From assembly GCA_050239825.1 (NCBI GenBank), contig JBFXGO010000002.1, positions 13,490 through 77,489 of the forward strand: a DNA stretch of 64,000 nt. Direction: 5' to 3'. The notes beneath the pieces were generated by a model. It did no database searches, was not told the DNA's origin, and saw only the letters and a list, made by a program, of their open reading frames with translations. How positions within the stretch are numbered: the first letter of the stretch is position 1; every line of letters starts with the position of its first letter. This stretch comes from a bacterium (GTDB lineage Bacteria > Hydrothermota > 32-111). The position numbers and the translations under genes were made by a program. Shown here piece by piece: positions 9,627 to 20,143 of this stretch.

Positions 9627-11612
9627 TTGTGTTATCATTTCTTAATTATGAGGAATTTCATACTTTTCATTTGTCTGACATTCTTCCTATCTCTTAATGC
9701 AGAGAGATACATGGTTGAATTCAAAGATTATTTGCCCGAAAGAAAAGAGTATGGATTCATCAAGGCAAATTCCAAATATAATTTTATAGTTATAGATTCA
9801 GATTATGAAAAAATCAAGGCGTCATATCCCGATGCTGTAAAAATCTACAAAGAACCCAAGCTTTATGCTTTGTACACTCCCAACGACACATATTTTTCAT
9901 ACCAGTGGTCTCTCTGGGAAGAACATTACAATGTTTCATACCTTCTTGACAGGGGCATCCTCGGAAATTCGACAGTTATTATCGGAGTGCTCGATACCGG
10001 TGTTTCATTTGAAAACTATCCCATTCCGGCGAACGAACAGGGGCTTGTCATCTCTGCGACAAACGAGTATGAGATGTACTCTGACTTTGAAGGAATCAAT
10101 TTCGTGCAGGGTTATGATTTTGTATCGGACGATGCGCATCCCAATGACATGAACGGACACGGAACGGCTGTCACAAACGTCATCGCCTCAACCATAAACA
10201 ATTCCCTTGCAACTTCGGGAATAATTTTCAATGCATCAATAATGCCTCTTAGGGTGCTTGATGAAACAGGAGCCGGAAATCTCACAGACATACTCGATGC
10301 GATAGAATACGGAGTTGCAAACGGATGCAAGGTTCTCAATCTCTCATTAGGAGGAGAACCGGGCGATTCAAACGGATGGGACATACTCCACTCTGCGATA
10401 ATTGATGCGAGAAACAGCAATGTTATGGTTCTCGCGGCGGCAGGAAATGACGGAGTCTCAATGCTCTCATACCCTGCAGGATTTGAAGAGGCAATATCTG
10501 TCGGAGCAGTGGATTATTTTTTTGAAAGAACCCCCTATTCACAGTACGGAACAAACCTTGACTTCATGGCTCCGGGAGGATATGTCTATCAGGATATAAA
10601 CGGAGACGGAGAGGATGAGGGCGGAATACTCTGCCCCATGCCGGAGCAGACAGAGGATGGGGTAAATGTAAATGATTTTTATCTTTACTTTGTCGAGGGA
10701 ACCTCATTTTCGACACCGCATCTCAGCGCTCTTGCGGCTTTAATGTACTCTTTGGGATATTCCACTGTTGATGAGATAGTCAACCTTATGATAGACGGCT
10801 CAATAGACCTTGGAACGGCAAATTATGATAATGAATACGGCTGGGGTTACCCAAAACCCGAATCTCTATTTTCACAGCCTGTTGCAATCAAGACAATAGA
10901 TTTTGATGTTGCATCCGACATACTCTTCTTTTCAATGATTGTTTTGAATGACACATTCATGCTTGATTCGATAAACCTCTCATCCCTGCTTGTAAATGAA
11001 AAACTCAACTTCATTAGAGAGGGAAGTCTGATAATGGCGGAGTTCTCCTCTTCAAAATCAGGAATATACTCGGTAACCGCATTTGGCAGGAAGAATGGAG
11101 AAGCCTACAAATTCAAAAGAGATTTCGCTTTAAAGGCAATCACCGACCCTTCAAATGTTGTTTATCACGGAACCATAAAGATGTTTTCTGATTCACCCTT
11201 TGTTTTGTTCTTTGATGAAGGAAAAATAATCTCTTCTTCACACAATTCTTCAATAACCTTAACAATTCCTGCAGAAGATGCCGCCAGAAAAGAGGTTTTC
11301 TGCGGAGATATCTCGGTTCCTGCAAAAAGATATTCCGACAGAATAGAGTTTTCAATCTCTAAAAAAGGAACATACAGAATTTCCTCACTCTCTTCAAATG
11401 CGCACGCTCTTGATGATTCATTCTCAAAAAAGAGTTTGCTTCTTAAAACAAGCATTCTCAACCTTGAAGGGAAAGAAGGGATGCTCTTCGACAAAAGCGG
11501 AAGACTCCTCAAAGAATCTATCAAATCGCACATTTCATTTGAAGGCCTGCCATCAGGCATATATTTTATTGAATCAGAGAGAATGTTATGGAAAATAATA
11601 AAATTGTTTTAA
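9627..11612 (+). CDS. Secreted S8 (subtilisin-like) serine peptidase with Por-type C-terminal domain (likely start 9648)
   Basis: VLDTG, NGHGT, NLSLGG, AAAGN, GTSFSTPH catalytic motifs; tail DKSGR...LPSGIYFI. Confidence 0.9.
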   Translation: MCYHFLIMRNFILFICLTFFLSLNAERYMVEFKDYLPERKEYGFIKANSKYNFIVIDSDYEKIKASYPDAVKIYKEPKLYALYTPNDTYFSYQWSLWEEHYNVSYLLDRGILGNSTVIIGVLDTGVSFENYPIPANEQGLVISATNEYEMYSDFEGINFVQGYDFVSDDAHPNDMNGHGTAVTNVIASTINNSLATSGIIFNASIMPLRVLDETGAGNLTDILDAIEYGVANGCKVLNLSLGGEPGDSNGWDILHSAIIDARNSNVMVLAAAGNDGVSMLSYPAGFEEAISVGAVDYFFERTPYSQYGTNLDFMAPGGYVYQDINGDGEDEGGILCPMPEQTEDGVNVNDFYLYFVEGTSFSTPHLSALAALMYSLGYSTVDEIVNLMIDGSIDLGTANYDNEYGWGYPKPESLFSQPVAIKTIDFDVASDILFFSMIVLNDTFMLDSINLSSLLVNEKLNFIREGSLIMAEFSSSKSGIYSVTAFGRKNGEAYKFKRDFALKAITDPSNVVYHGTIKMFSDSPFVLFFDEGKIISSSHNSSITLTIPAEDAARKEVFCGDISVPAKRYSDRIEFSISKKGTYRISSLSSNAHALDDSFSKKSLLLKTSILNLEGKEGMLFDKSGRLLKESIKSHISFEGLPSGIYFIESERMLWKIIKLF

Positions 11613-12148
11613 CAACCCTCTTAGTCCTGTCTTTAATGGCATGTTCCATTCTTGACCCTCTTTCAGAGGACGGATGGACATACCTTAAGCAAGAGAATTT
11701 CTCAAAGGCGCATGCAAAATTTTTGCAGGATTTTTCATCATTTCCTGATTCGCTCGACATAGTCGGAGGATTATCCTACACATTCTTTGCCTTCGGAGAG
11801 AGGGATTCGGCGAAATACTATCTCGACCTTTCAAGAGAGATTGAAACAGACAACAATATCTCTCTTTTTGTTTCTACAATGTATTTCAGGGATGAACCCG
11901 AGAGCGCATCCGGCAGATATAGAACATTTGTTTCAAAATACTCTTCATTTCCTCTTTATGCAGTAAGAGATGTTGTCAAGTCAAATACCATTCACAAGCT
12001 CGGACTTTCAATTGAAATCCAACGGGACAGTTTTGACTATGCATATTCGATTCTTAAAAGGATAACCTCTATCGACGATTCCCTCGATATGAATTCTGAT
12101 GAGGACAGGTTTTTGATAATAGAATATATAAACTCACTGGAGGAGTGA
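11588..12148 (+). CDS. Hypothetical lipoprotein, TPR-like helices
   Basis: Lipobox LMAC; GWTYLKQENFSKA...F resembles a TPR; overlaps both neighbours. Confidence 0.6.
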   Translation: MENNKIVLTTLLVLSLMACSILDPLSEDGWTYLKQENFSKAHAKFLQDFSSFPDSLDIVGGLSYTFFAFGERDSAKYYLDLSREIETDNNISLFVSTMYFRDEPESASGRYRTFVSKYSSFPLYAVRDVVKSNTIHKLGLSIEIQRDSFDYAYSILKRITSIDDSLDMNSDEDRFLIIEYINSLEE

Positions 12149-12606
12149 TGCAGGAAAAAATTGCGATAATAATGGGTTCGGATTCCGACAGAGAAGTAAT
12201 GAGCTCTGCGGAAAGCACCCTTAAAGAGTTCGAAATAGAATTTGATGTATTGGTTATGTCTGCCCACAGAAATCCAAACAAAGTGCGGGATTTTGCCATG
12301 AAGGCAAGAGAGAACGGCTATGCGGCTATTATCTGCGGAGCCGGCTATTCGGCGCATCTTGCGGGAGTTGTTGCATCTCACACGACACTTCCGGTTCTTG
12401 CAGTGCCGATTGACTCATCTCCTCTTAAAGGAGTCGATTCCCTCTACTCATCCGTAATGATGCCGTCAGGAATACCGGTCGCAGTATTCACAATAGGAAA
12501 GGCTGGAGCAAAGAATGCCGCCATATTTGCGGTGGAACTGCTCTCTGTCAATTCACCGGATATGGAATCAAAATTAAAGAAGATGAGAGATGGCTGGAAC
12601 AGGTAA
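12145..12606 (+). CDS. purE: N5-carboxyaminoimidazole ribonucleotide mutase
   Basis: IIMGSDSD, SAHRNP, AHLAGVVAS, MPSGIPVA, NAA. Confidence 0.95.
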   Translation: MMQEKIAIIMGSDSDREVMSSAESTLKEFEIEFDVLVMSAHRNPNKVRDFAMKARENGYAAIICGAGYSAHLAGVVASHTTLPVLAVPIDSSPLKGVDSLYSSVMMPSGIPVAVFTIGKAGAKNAAIFAVELLSVNSPDMESKLKKMRDGWNR

Positions 12607-13189
12607 TATACAAAAGACTGTAGATCTTTTAAATAAGGGCGGTGTGATTGCATTTTCAACAGATACTGTAAATGGAATGGCGGCTCTCTATGACAATGAG
12701 GATGCGATAAACTCTATCTTCCGAATGAAGAAAAGATGCAAAGACAAACCCTTTGCACTCTTCTTCAGCTCAAAAGAGAGTGTTTTGAAATACTTCCACA
12801 ACTCTAAGCTACTTAAAATGGTCATTGATGAATTTTTGCCGGGACCTCTTACAGTAATTTCAAAACCAAAGAGAAGAGTCAACAAACTTCTATTGAAAGA
12901 CGGTTTTGCATCATTCAGAATTCCCGAGAAGAAGGATGTTCTCCTTCTTCTTGAACTCTTAAAGAAACCTCTTGCGGTCACATCTCTGAATGTCTCAGGC
13001 GAAAGAGTTTTAACATCAGAATATGGTGTTGAAAAGGTCTTTGACTCTATAAGCATTTTCAACAAACTCAAGCCCTCCAAAACTCCGTCAACCATTGTCA
13101 AGATAAAAAACGGGAAGATAGAGATTTTGAGGGAGGGCGCAATAAGCAAAGCTGTTTTTTTTGAAAGAATAAATAAACATTTGAAATAA
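12590..13189 (+). CDS. tsaC: L-threonylcarbamoyladenylate synthase (TsaC/Sua5/YrdC)
   Basis: TDTVNG, KKRCKDKP, PGPLT, RIP, TSLNVSGE, PSTIV, LREGAI. Confidence 0.88.
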   Translation: MAGTGNIQKTVDLLNKGGVIAFSTDTVNGMAALYDNEDAINSIFRMKKRCKDKPFALFFSSKESVLKYFHNSKLLKMVIDEFLPGPLTVISKPKRRVNKLLLKDGFASFRIPEKKDVLLLLELLKKPLAVTSLNVSGERVLTSEYGVEKVFDSISIFNKLKPSKTPSTIVKIKNGKIEILREGAISKAVFFERINKHLK

Positions 13190-13198
13190 GGAGATTCT

Positions 13199-14539
13199 AT
13201 GCTGACCAAAAGCAAGATTCATCAGTTTACTGACAGGGTCATAAAGGCGTCAGACGCTGACATGACCACAGTCTCCATAGCCGGAGAGAGGGAGGCTTTG
13301 ACCAGATTTTCAAACAATGAAATAACGCAGAATGTCGATTCCCTCAGATACACATTCACCATCAGATGCGTTTACAAAGATAAAGTCGGAGTGGTGTCGG
13401 GAACATCTCTTGAATCAAAGAATATTAAGAAATTTCTTGAAAATGCAAAACAGATTGCATTGAACCAAAAAACCGGCAAGAAGGTTTACCCTCTGTTGCC
13501 GCCTCAGCAATACACTGCAACAAAGGGCTATGATAAGACAATGGAGGATGTCAGTCCTCAGGCGAAGGCAGACCTTGTCAAATCGGCAGTGAAGCTATGC
13601 GCAAAGGAGAAGATGTCGGCGGCAGGAATAATGTCAAACTCCATAGTGGTTTATGCAGTTGCTAATTCCGCAGGGCTCTTTGCCATGCATGAAAATTCAA
13701 ATGCCACATTCTCAATTACAGCACAGACAAAAAATTCATCAGGATGGTCTGAGGATTCACAGACAAGCATTAAAAAACTGAATGTTATTCATGATGCGGA
13801 AATTGCAGTAAAAAAGGCGAAGCTGTCAAAAAATCCTCAATCTCTCGAGGCAGGCAAATATACGGTCATTCTTGAACCATCTGCAGTTGCCGATATTCTT
13901 TCGTTTCTCTCCTATACTGTCTTTAATGGTTTAAGATATGCCGAGGGACGCACATGTTTATCCGGAAAGATGGGTGAGCGCGTTGCAGATGCTAAGATAA
14001 ATCTCTACGATGATCCTTTTATAGACGGCATAGGCGGAATCCCATTTGATATGGAGGGTTATCCGCGCAAAAAACTCGCCCTTATAAAAAACGGCGTATT
14101 TCATGAAATTCCCACAGACAGAAAGGTAGGCGAGATGCTAAAGATGGAAAATAACGGACACTCTTTGGGAGCCGATGACGAGTATGGGCCTCTTCCTCTG
14201 AACCTTCATCTTGAAACTGGGAAATCATCGGTTGAAGATATGATTAAATCGACAAAAAAGGGAATTCTCGTCACGCAGTTTCATTATGTGAACATACTCG
14301 ATCCTATGAAAACCATCATAACCGGAATGACAAGAAACGGAATATTTCTTGTGGAGAATGGAAGAGTGAAGAATGGTTTGAAGAATTTGAGATTCACACA
14401 GTCTATAATGGACGCACTTATGAATACGGAGATGATCGGCAACAGAGCCATTGTACAGAATGGTGGATTCGGCGGAGGATTCTCTGTGCCGGCTATGAAG
14501 GTGAGAAACTTCCATTTCACAAGCAAAACAGAGTTTTAG
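13199..14539 (+). CDS. TldD/PmbA family protein, PmbA(TldE)-like
   Basis: TRFSNNEITQN, GKYTVILEP, FDMEG, TGMTRNG, NLRF; no HExxxH. Confidence 0.88.
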   Translation: MLTKSKIHQFTDRVIKASDADMTTVSIAGEREALTRFSNNEITQNVDSLRYTFTIRCVYKDKVGVVSGTSLESKNIKKFLENAKQIALNQKTGKKVYPLLPPQQYTATKGYDKTMEDVSPQAKADLVKSAVKLCAKEKMSAAGIMSNSIVVYAVANSAGLFAMHENSNATFSITAQTKNSSGWSEDSQTSIKKLNVIHDAEIAVKKAKLSKNPQSLEAGKYTVILEPSAVADILSFLSYTVFNGLRYAEGRTCLSGKMGERVADAKINLYDDPFIDGIGGIPFDMEGYPRKKLALIKNGVFHEIPTDRKVGEMLKMENNGHSLGADDEYGPLPLNLHLETGKSSVEDMIKSTKKGILVTQFHYVNILDPMKTIITGMTRNGIFLVENGRVKNGLKNLRFTQSIMDALMNTEMIGNRAIVQNGGFGGGFSVPAMKVRNFHFTSKTEF

Positions 14540-14552
14540 AGCAGGAGGAACA

Positions 14553-16001
14553 ATGTTTAAACTAGGAAATTTGGCTATAGATACCGCAAAGCACTATGGA
14601 GCAGATTATGCGGACATCAGAATAATCGAGACAAAGAATGAGGATTTAGGTGTAAGAAACGGAAAGGTGAATGCGGATTACTCGCAGACATTGGGCTTTG
14701 GAATTAGAGTTCTCTGTAAGGGCTCATGGGGATTTGCATCAAGCGACACCCTCACAACAGAAGAGATAAAGAGAATAGCAAAACAGGCGGTTCTTATAGC
14801 AAAGGCATCAAGCACTCTTCAAACAGCAAAAGTAAGCTGGGCAAAAGAAGATTCTTACAAAGACCATTGGTTTACGCCGGCTTTGAAGAACCCTTTCAGA
14901 ATACCTCTTGAAAAAAAGCTCGCTCTCATGCTTGAAATAGACGAGGTGCTGAGAAAGAAGCCTGAAATAAAAGTATCAAATGTCGAAATGTCTTTTCAAA
15001 ACACAAGAAAATGGTTTGTAAATTCACAGGGAAGCGAAATTTTGCAGGACCTTCTTAGAAGCGGAGCGGGCTACTCCGTAACATCAGTGGGCAACAATGA
15101 TATGCAGGTCCGCTCATACCCTGCATCTTTCGGAGGACAGTATTATTCAGGTGGATATGAAATAATAGAGCAGATGGAGCTTCTGCAGAATGCAGAGAGA
15201 GTCAGAGAGGAGGCAATAGCGCTTCTCACTGCTGATGAATGTGAAGAGAAGGTCTCGGATTTGATAATCGGCGGCTCTCAAATGGTTCTTCAAATCCATG
15301 AATCAGTGGGACATGCAACAGAACTTGACAGGGTGTTGGGTTATGAAGCCAATTATGCTGGAACATCATTTGCCACACTTGAAAAGTATAAAAAATTCAG
15401 ATATGGTTCGCCTATCGTAAATCTTTTCGCTGATTCGACAATACCATTAGGACTTGCAACGCACGGATATGATGATGACGGAGTAAAAGCCCAGAGATGG
15501 GATATTGTGAAAAACGGAATTCTCTCCGGATACATGACTAACAGGGAATTGTCTCATAAGATAGGAGATTCCCGTTCAAGAGGATGCTCCCGCTCTCAGG
15601 GTTTTTCATCAATACCGATTATTAGAATAGCAAACCTTTCTCTTGCACCGGGAGAATGGGAGCTTGATGACCTTATAAAAGACACAAAAAACGGAGTCTT
15701 CATGGATACAAACAAATCATGGTCTATAGACCAGATGAGGCTCAACTTCCAATTCGGATGCGAAATAGGTTATGAGATAAAGAACGGAAAAATAGGAAAG
15801 ATGCTGAAGAATTGCTCCTATCAGGATATTACCCCAAACTTCTGGGGAAAATGCGATGCAATATGCAATGAAAACCACTGGGATCTCTGGGGAGTAATAA
15901 ACTGCGGAAAGGGACAGCCCGGACAGAGAGCCGAGATGTCTCACGGCTCTGCTCCCGCAAGATTCAAAAAAGTCCCCATAGGAATTGGAAACAAAAAGTA
16001 A
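14553..16001 (+). CDS. tldD: TldD metalloprotease
   Basis: YADIR, GFGIRVL, HESVGHATELDR, DDDGV, NCGKGQPGQ. Confidence 0.9.
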   Translation: MFKLGNLAIDTAKHYGADYADIRIIETKNEDLGVRNGKVNADYSQTLGFGIRVLCKGSWGFASSDTLTTEEIKRIAKQAVLIAKASSTLQTAKVSWAKEDSYKDHWFTPALKNPFRIPLEKKLALMLEIDEVLRKKPEIKVSNVEMSFQNTRKWFVNSQGSEILQDLLRSGAGYSVTSVGNNDMQVRSYPASFGGQYYSGGYEIIEQMELLQNAERVREEAIALLTADECEEKVSDLIIGGSQMVLQIHESVGHATELDRVLGYEANYAGTSFATLEKYKKFRYGSPIVNLFADSTIPLGLATHGYDDDGVKAQRWDIVKNGILSGYMTNRELSHKIGDSRSRGCSRSQGFSSIPIIRIANLSLAPGEWELDDLIKDTKNGVFMDTNKSWSIDQMRLNFQFGCEIGYEIKNGKIGKMLKNCSYQDITPNFWGKCDAICNENHWDLWGVINCGKGQPGQRAEMSHGSAPARFKKVPIGIGNKK

Positions 16002-16014
16002 TTTAAAAAATCAT

Positions 16015-16043
16015 AAAGAGGCGCGCCTCTCGCGCCTCTTTTA
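16015..16043 (+). terminator. Terminator hairpin
   Basis: AAAGAGGCGCG-CCTCT-CGCGCCTCTTTT. Confidence 0.8.
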
Positions 16044-16059
16044 TTTACAAGGAGGTTTT

Positions 16060-18342
16060 ATGAAAAGATTAGTGGTATTTTTAATTCTGTCACTTGCATT
16101 TTTGTCTGTTCTTGCTGATTCCGGAGGAGACCCAAGTAGAAATACTTACGGAATCAATGCTGTTTCCGGTATTGATTCGGTAATCGACACAATGAATACA
16201 GGGAGAACACTCTCAAATGGAGTGGAATTTGACGGAAGACAATTCTTTATCATAAACAATGAAAGCGCAAGAATGTATAAGATGGATTACATTTACGGTC
16301 TCATTGATTCTTTTGCAATGCCTGTTGCCGGATATCACATGGGTATAGGAATAGTGAATGACATACTCTATGTTTCAAATTTGACAACAGGAAATATTGA
16401 CAAAATGACAAAAGCCGGAGTCTCTGTTACTTCTATTGCCTCACCCGGAGGCACAGGAGCACGAGGAGTTACAAGCGACGGAATTCATCTTTACATTGCC
16501 ACAACAGACGGATTTATATGCGTCACCGATACTCTCATGAACATAATAGATACGATTCATATTTCTTCAGTAATCGGATGGCCCATGGATATGGCTTTCT
16601 GCTCTGAAGATTCAACATTGTGGGTACTCGACGATGTTACACAGTTCGTAAAAAAACTAGATATTTCAATTGACCCACCGGTAGTTTTGGACAGCATTGC
16701 TGTTTTAAACGGCGCAACAAATACCGGCGAGGGTGTTGCCTTTGATGGGAATGATATATGGATAAGCACCTATACTGACCCTCAGATATTCAGATACGAT
16801 GTCGGATATGCAAAGACGAGGGTTGCTTATTTTGAGGATCATGCTCCCTGGGGATCTTGGGCAAATGAGGATGTTCTCTGCAGAAACAGAGTGGCATACC
16901 ATTATTTTTCCGTTCTTGACTTGCCGACAATGGACCTTTCAAAATTTCAGAAGGCAATATTCGCAAGCCAGCAGGAACTTTCATTCTATCAGGCAATTGC
17001 AGATAACAGAACAAAGATAGAGACGTGGATTTCAAGTGGTGGAATATTCCAGCTCAATGGAGCGACTTTCTCATCAGATGCATGGGACGGACTTGTGATG
17101 CCCGGAGGATTCTCAATGACCTTTCAGCAGATTGATACTGCCACAATTGTAAGCGCTTGGCATCCGCTTCTTAACGAACCTGTGACGATGGATTCTTCTA
17201 TGCTTGTCGATTGGGGAACAGTCTTCCACGGACGCCTTACAGGACTTCCTGCAGACGCTTATAATATTCTTTTGACGGGTGACTCACTCAACCCCTCTCT
17301 ATCTGTTTTCAGAATGGGAAAGGGAGGCGTAATTGCAACAACGCTTACTGCAGAGTATGCCTTTGATAATGCTCTTTCGGAAATTATAGAAAACATTGAC
17401 ATGTACTGGTTGTACGGGTGCTCTCCCAATGTGCTTTGGGCAGTAGCAGAGCCCAACTCTCCTGTAATGATAAAGGAAATTGAAGAGTATCCTGATTTCG
17501 GAAATATTGATTATATGGATGCAGGAATTTTTATTCCAAATCAGCAAGATATGTCTCTTTATGATGTTATTTTGACTTATCCGGATTATCCTTATGCAGA
17601 TCCCGAATCAATTGGAGATTCACTTTTTGAACATGTTGCAAACGGCAAGTGGGTTATCACATGCGGATGGTCATGGTTCACAACCGGACATTACCTCGGA
17701 GGAGAAATAATGAAAAATACATACAATCCATTCTCTCCCCTTGACGGTAACAACCACTTTTCAACTGCCAACCTCGGTGCATTTGTCGCAGGACATGAGT
17801 TCATGAATAATGTCTCCTCTCTTTCTTCTTATTACAGGGATTATCTCGTTCTCAATTCCGGAGCAGACACTGTGGCAAGATGGGATGATGATGAATGGCT
17901 CCTCGGTTACAGAAATCTTCCCGGAATACTCGGAGGAATAGTCGGTCTCAATATAGTTCCAACAGATCAGTATGTCATTTCCGGAGAACTCGGAGGCGAT
18001 TATATTCAGCTTTTACATAATGTTCTGCTTGTTTCGGAGCTTACTCCGGTTGAAGAGGTTGCTCTTGACGGAAAAACAAATGCATTCAAAACCGAAATAA
18101 CCTCAATTACATCGGGCATTTTCAAGGCATCATTCTCTCAGCCCGTAACGGAACCTGTCAAACTTTCAGTTTATGACAAGACCGGTAGAGAGATTTCAGT
18201 GAAAACATTCTTCAAGTCTTCGGGCATCAAAGAGGCATCCTTTGACGCCAAAAAGACAGGAATTTCATCGGGAGTATATTTCTTCAAGATTGAATCCGGA
18301 AAGAATCTCGTCAGCGGAAAATTTTTATACATTTCAAAATAA
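16060..18342 (+). CDS. Secreted multidomain protein: beta-propeller, GATase-like domains and Por-type C-terminal domain
   Basis: GGAGG and ATG at 16060; signal peptide; repeated GVxFDG blade motifs; tail YDKTGR...SSGVYFFKI...GKFLYISK. Confidence 0.75.
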   Translation: MKRLVVFLILSLAFLSVLADSGGDPSRNTYGINAVSGIDSVIDTMNTGRTLSNGVEFDGRQFFIINNESARMYKMDYIYGLIDSFAMPVAGYHMGIGIVNDILYVSNLTTGNIDKMTKAGVSVTSIASPGGTGARGVTSDGIHLYIATTDGFICVTDTLMNIIDTIHISSVIGWPMDMAFCSEDSTLWVLDDVTQFVKKLDISIDPPVVLDSIAVLNGATNTGEGVAFDGNDIWISTYTDPQIFRYDVGYAKTRVAYFEDHAPWGSWANEDVLCRNRVAYHYFSVLDLPTMDLSKFQKAIFASQQELSFYQAIADNRTKIETWISSGGIFQLNGATFSSDAWDGLVMPGGFSMTFQQIDTATIVSAWHPLLNEPVTMDSSMLVDWGTVFHGRLTGLPADAYNILLTGDSLNPSLSVFRMGKGGVIATTLTAEYAFDNALSEIIENIDMYWLYGCSPNVLWAVAEPNSPVMIKEIEEYPDFGNIDYMDAGIFIPNQQDMSLYDVILTYPDYPYADPESIGDSLFEHVANGKWVITCGWSWFTTGHYLGGEIMKNTYNPFSPLDGNNHFSTANLGAFVAGHEFMNNVSSLSSYYRDYLVLNSGADTVARWDDDEWLLGYRNLPGILGGIVGLNIVPTDQYVISGELGGDYIQLLHNVLLVSELTPVEEVALDGKTNAFKTEITSITSGIFKASFSQPVTEPVKLSVYDKTGREISVKTFFKSSGIKEASFDAKKTGISSGVYFFKIESGKNLVSGKFLYISK

Positions 18343-18356
18343 TTTTCAAATTCTCA

Positions 18357-18384
18357 GGGGAGCGCTCAAGGCGCTCCCCATTTT
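18357..18384 (+). terminator. Rho-independent terminator
   Basis: GGGGAGCGC-TCAAG-GCGCTCCCC-ATTTT. Confidence 0.8.
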
Positions 18385-18502
18385 ACATCTTGACTTATCT
18401 TTTTTATTGATATAAAATAAATAAAAAAAAGGAGGTATTTGGGAATTGCATAAATCTGTTAATAATAAGTTATTTGTAACAATCAAAACAAAGGAGGAAA
18501 GG

Positions 18503-20128
18503 ATGACTTTTAAGAGAGTTTTATTTTTACTCACTCTCTCTGTTCTCTGCATCTCTCTTTCGGCTCAATTTGTATCATTCAGGTCTCTGTCAACAGCAGG
18601 ACTTATTGATGACAATATTGAAGCGATACTTGCAGTGACCGAGATGACTTATGTTGACGGGTTCAATGTTTTTACGAACCTTTCAAATTTCAACTATCTG
18701 TCGGAAGATATTTTTGACGGATACTCTGACAATTATCTTGTGGGTTTCAAGGGATCAATGATGGATATGCTTCATCTTGGATTCCTCTCTGTCTCCAACG
18801 GCTACTCTGAGGGATATGCGGACACGACTATCGCAACAGAGTATATAGACAACAACAATGACGAGCAGTATGACGAGTTGGTTAGCGAGACAAATAACTA
18901 CTCCGATTTGGAGGCTGATAACTGGTCAACAAATTACCTTGCATTCACTTTTGGCAAACCGGAAGGCCTGAAGGCAGGATTCTCCTATACAAACAACAGG
19001 GGCGCCTATACCTATGATGAGATTTACAATGACGAGATTATGGATTCAAACATAATCTCAGGCGACCTCATGAGACTATACAATGAGTGGTATGATTACA
19101 CTTATGAAAATTTGTATACTGACAACTATTACACTCTCAATGGAGCATTCTCTGCGGGCGCAATGGAATTTGCACTGAGCATCGGTCTTGATTTCTTCAA
19201 AGAGGTTTATTTTGGATACGATGTCGAATCTATTTATGAAAACCTCTCTCCTTCAGACCCATCCATCGTGAACTTTTGGAGTGAAGATTTCAATGATTCT
19301 TCTGACTACATAACAAACGGATTCGGATGGAACATTGGTTTAAAGGGCTATTACCGCACAACAAATCAGGATTCAGTAGAATTCGGCGGATACTTCTCAA
19401 ATACAAACTACGGACGAACAAACGTTACAGAATATTATATATACAATTACAACGAAGTTCTTCCCGGAGTGGTTGATGAAGAAAGGTATAGTTTTTCATA
19501 CAGAGATTCATACGGCGACTCTGTCAGCATGTACTCCGAAACATATCTGTCATGGGGCATGGGCGGAAAATTTGTAAAGAAGCTTGAAAAAGCGCACTTT
19601 GCAATGGGCGCCTTCTTCGGACAGTCAAAGGATTCTTACATTGACACAGTTATCTATGATTACAGGTATGATGAGTCCTATGACGATGGAAACGGAGTAG
19701 ATGACGCAGGAGATTATGTATATCTTGAAACAGGTTCATACTCCGGAGAGTATGTCTATAACAGTCTCTCGACCTATCTCCAAATGCCGGTAGGAATAGA
19801 GTATAACTTCTGGGGACCCCTTACAGGTCGTCTTGGAGCGAACACACAGCTGAGCTGGAGAAATTCATACAATTCAAGCAAATACTTTGCATTTGACCCG
19901 GGAACATACACAGTCACTTATGGAGACGGCTCTGTTTATGAATATCTCAATGACTGGGATACATACAGGGAGGATTATTCGTACGGATATTCATCATTCT
20001 ATCGCGAGACCTACTTTGAATACGGAATAGGCTGGGAGATTTCAAAGAATGTCAAGATTGACCTTATGGGATTCTCCGATTTGACGGATTTGACAGACTG
20101 GTCAATTTCAGCCAATGTCAAGTTTTAA
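18503..20128 (+). CDS. Tyr/Asp-rich outer-membrane beta-barrel protein of unknown function
   Basis: GGAGG and ATG at 18503; signal peptide; alternating aromatic strands, PVGIEY...RLG, terminal SISANVKF. Confidence 0.7.
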   Translation: MTFKRVLFLLTLSVLCISLSAQFVSFRSLSTAGLIDDNIEAILAVTEMTYVDGFNVFTNLSNFNYLSEDIFDGYSDNYLVGFKGSMMDMLHLGFLSVSNGYSEGYADTTIATEYIDNNNDEQYDELVSETNNYSDLEADNWSTNYLAFTFGKPEGLKAGFSYTNNRGAYTYDEIYNDEIMDSNIISGDLMRLYNEWYDYTYENLYTDNYYTLNGAFSAGAMEFALSIGLDFFKEVYFGYDVESIYENLSPSDPSIVNFWSEDFNDSSDYITNGFGWNIGLKGYYRTTNQDSVEFGGYFSNTNYGRTNVTEYYIYNYNEVLPGVVDEERYSFSYRDSYGDSVSMYSETYLSWGMGGKFVKKLEKAHFAMGAFFGQSKDSYIDTVIYDYRYDESYDDGNGVDDAGDYVYLETGSYSGEYVYNSLSTYLQMPVGIEYNFWGPLTGRLGANTQLSWRNSYNSSKYFAFDPGTYTVTYGDGSVYEYLNDWDTYREDYSYGYSSFYRETYFEYGIGWEISKNVKIDLMGFSDLTDLTDWSISANVKF

Positions 20129-20143
20129 TTTTAGGAGGAAACA

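Noticed and set aside
12688..13215. Long antisense ORFs (also 27726-28220, 44777-45268, 50863-51300)
   Set aside because: Shadows of well-supported genes on the opposite strand.
13199..16001. TldD/PmbA as part of a RiPP cluster
   Set aside because: No precursor peptide or modifying enzymes nearby; context is housekeeping (purE, tsaC).
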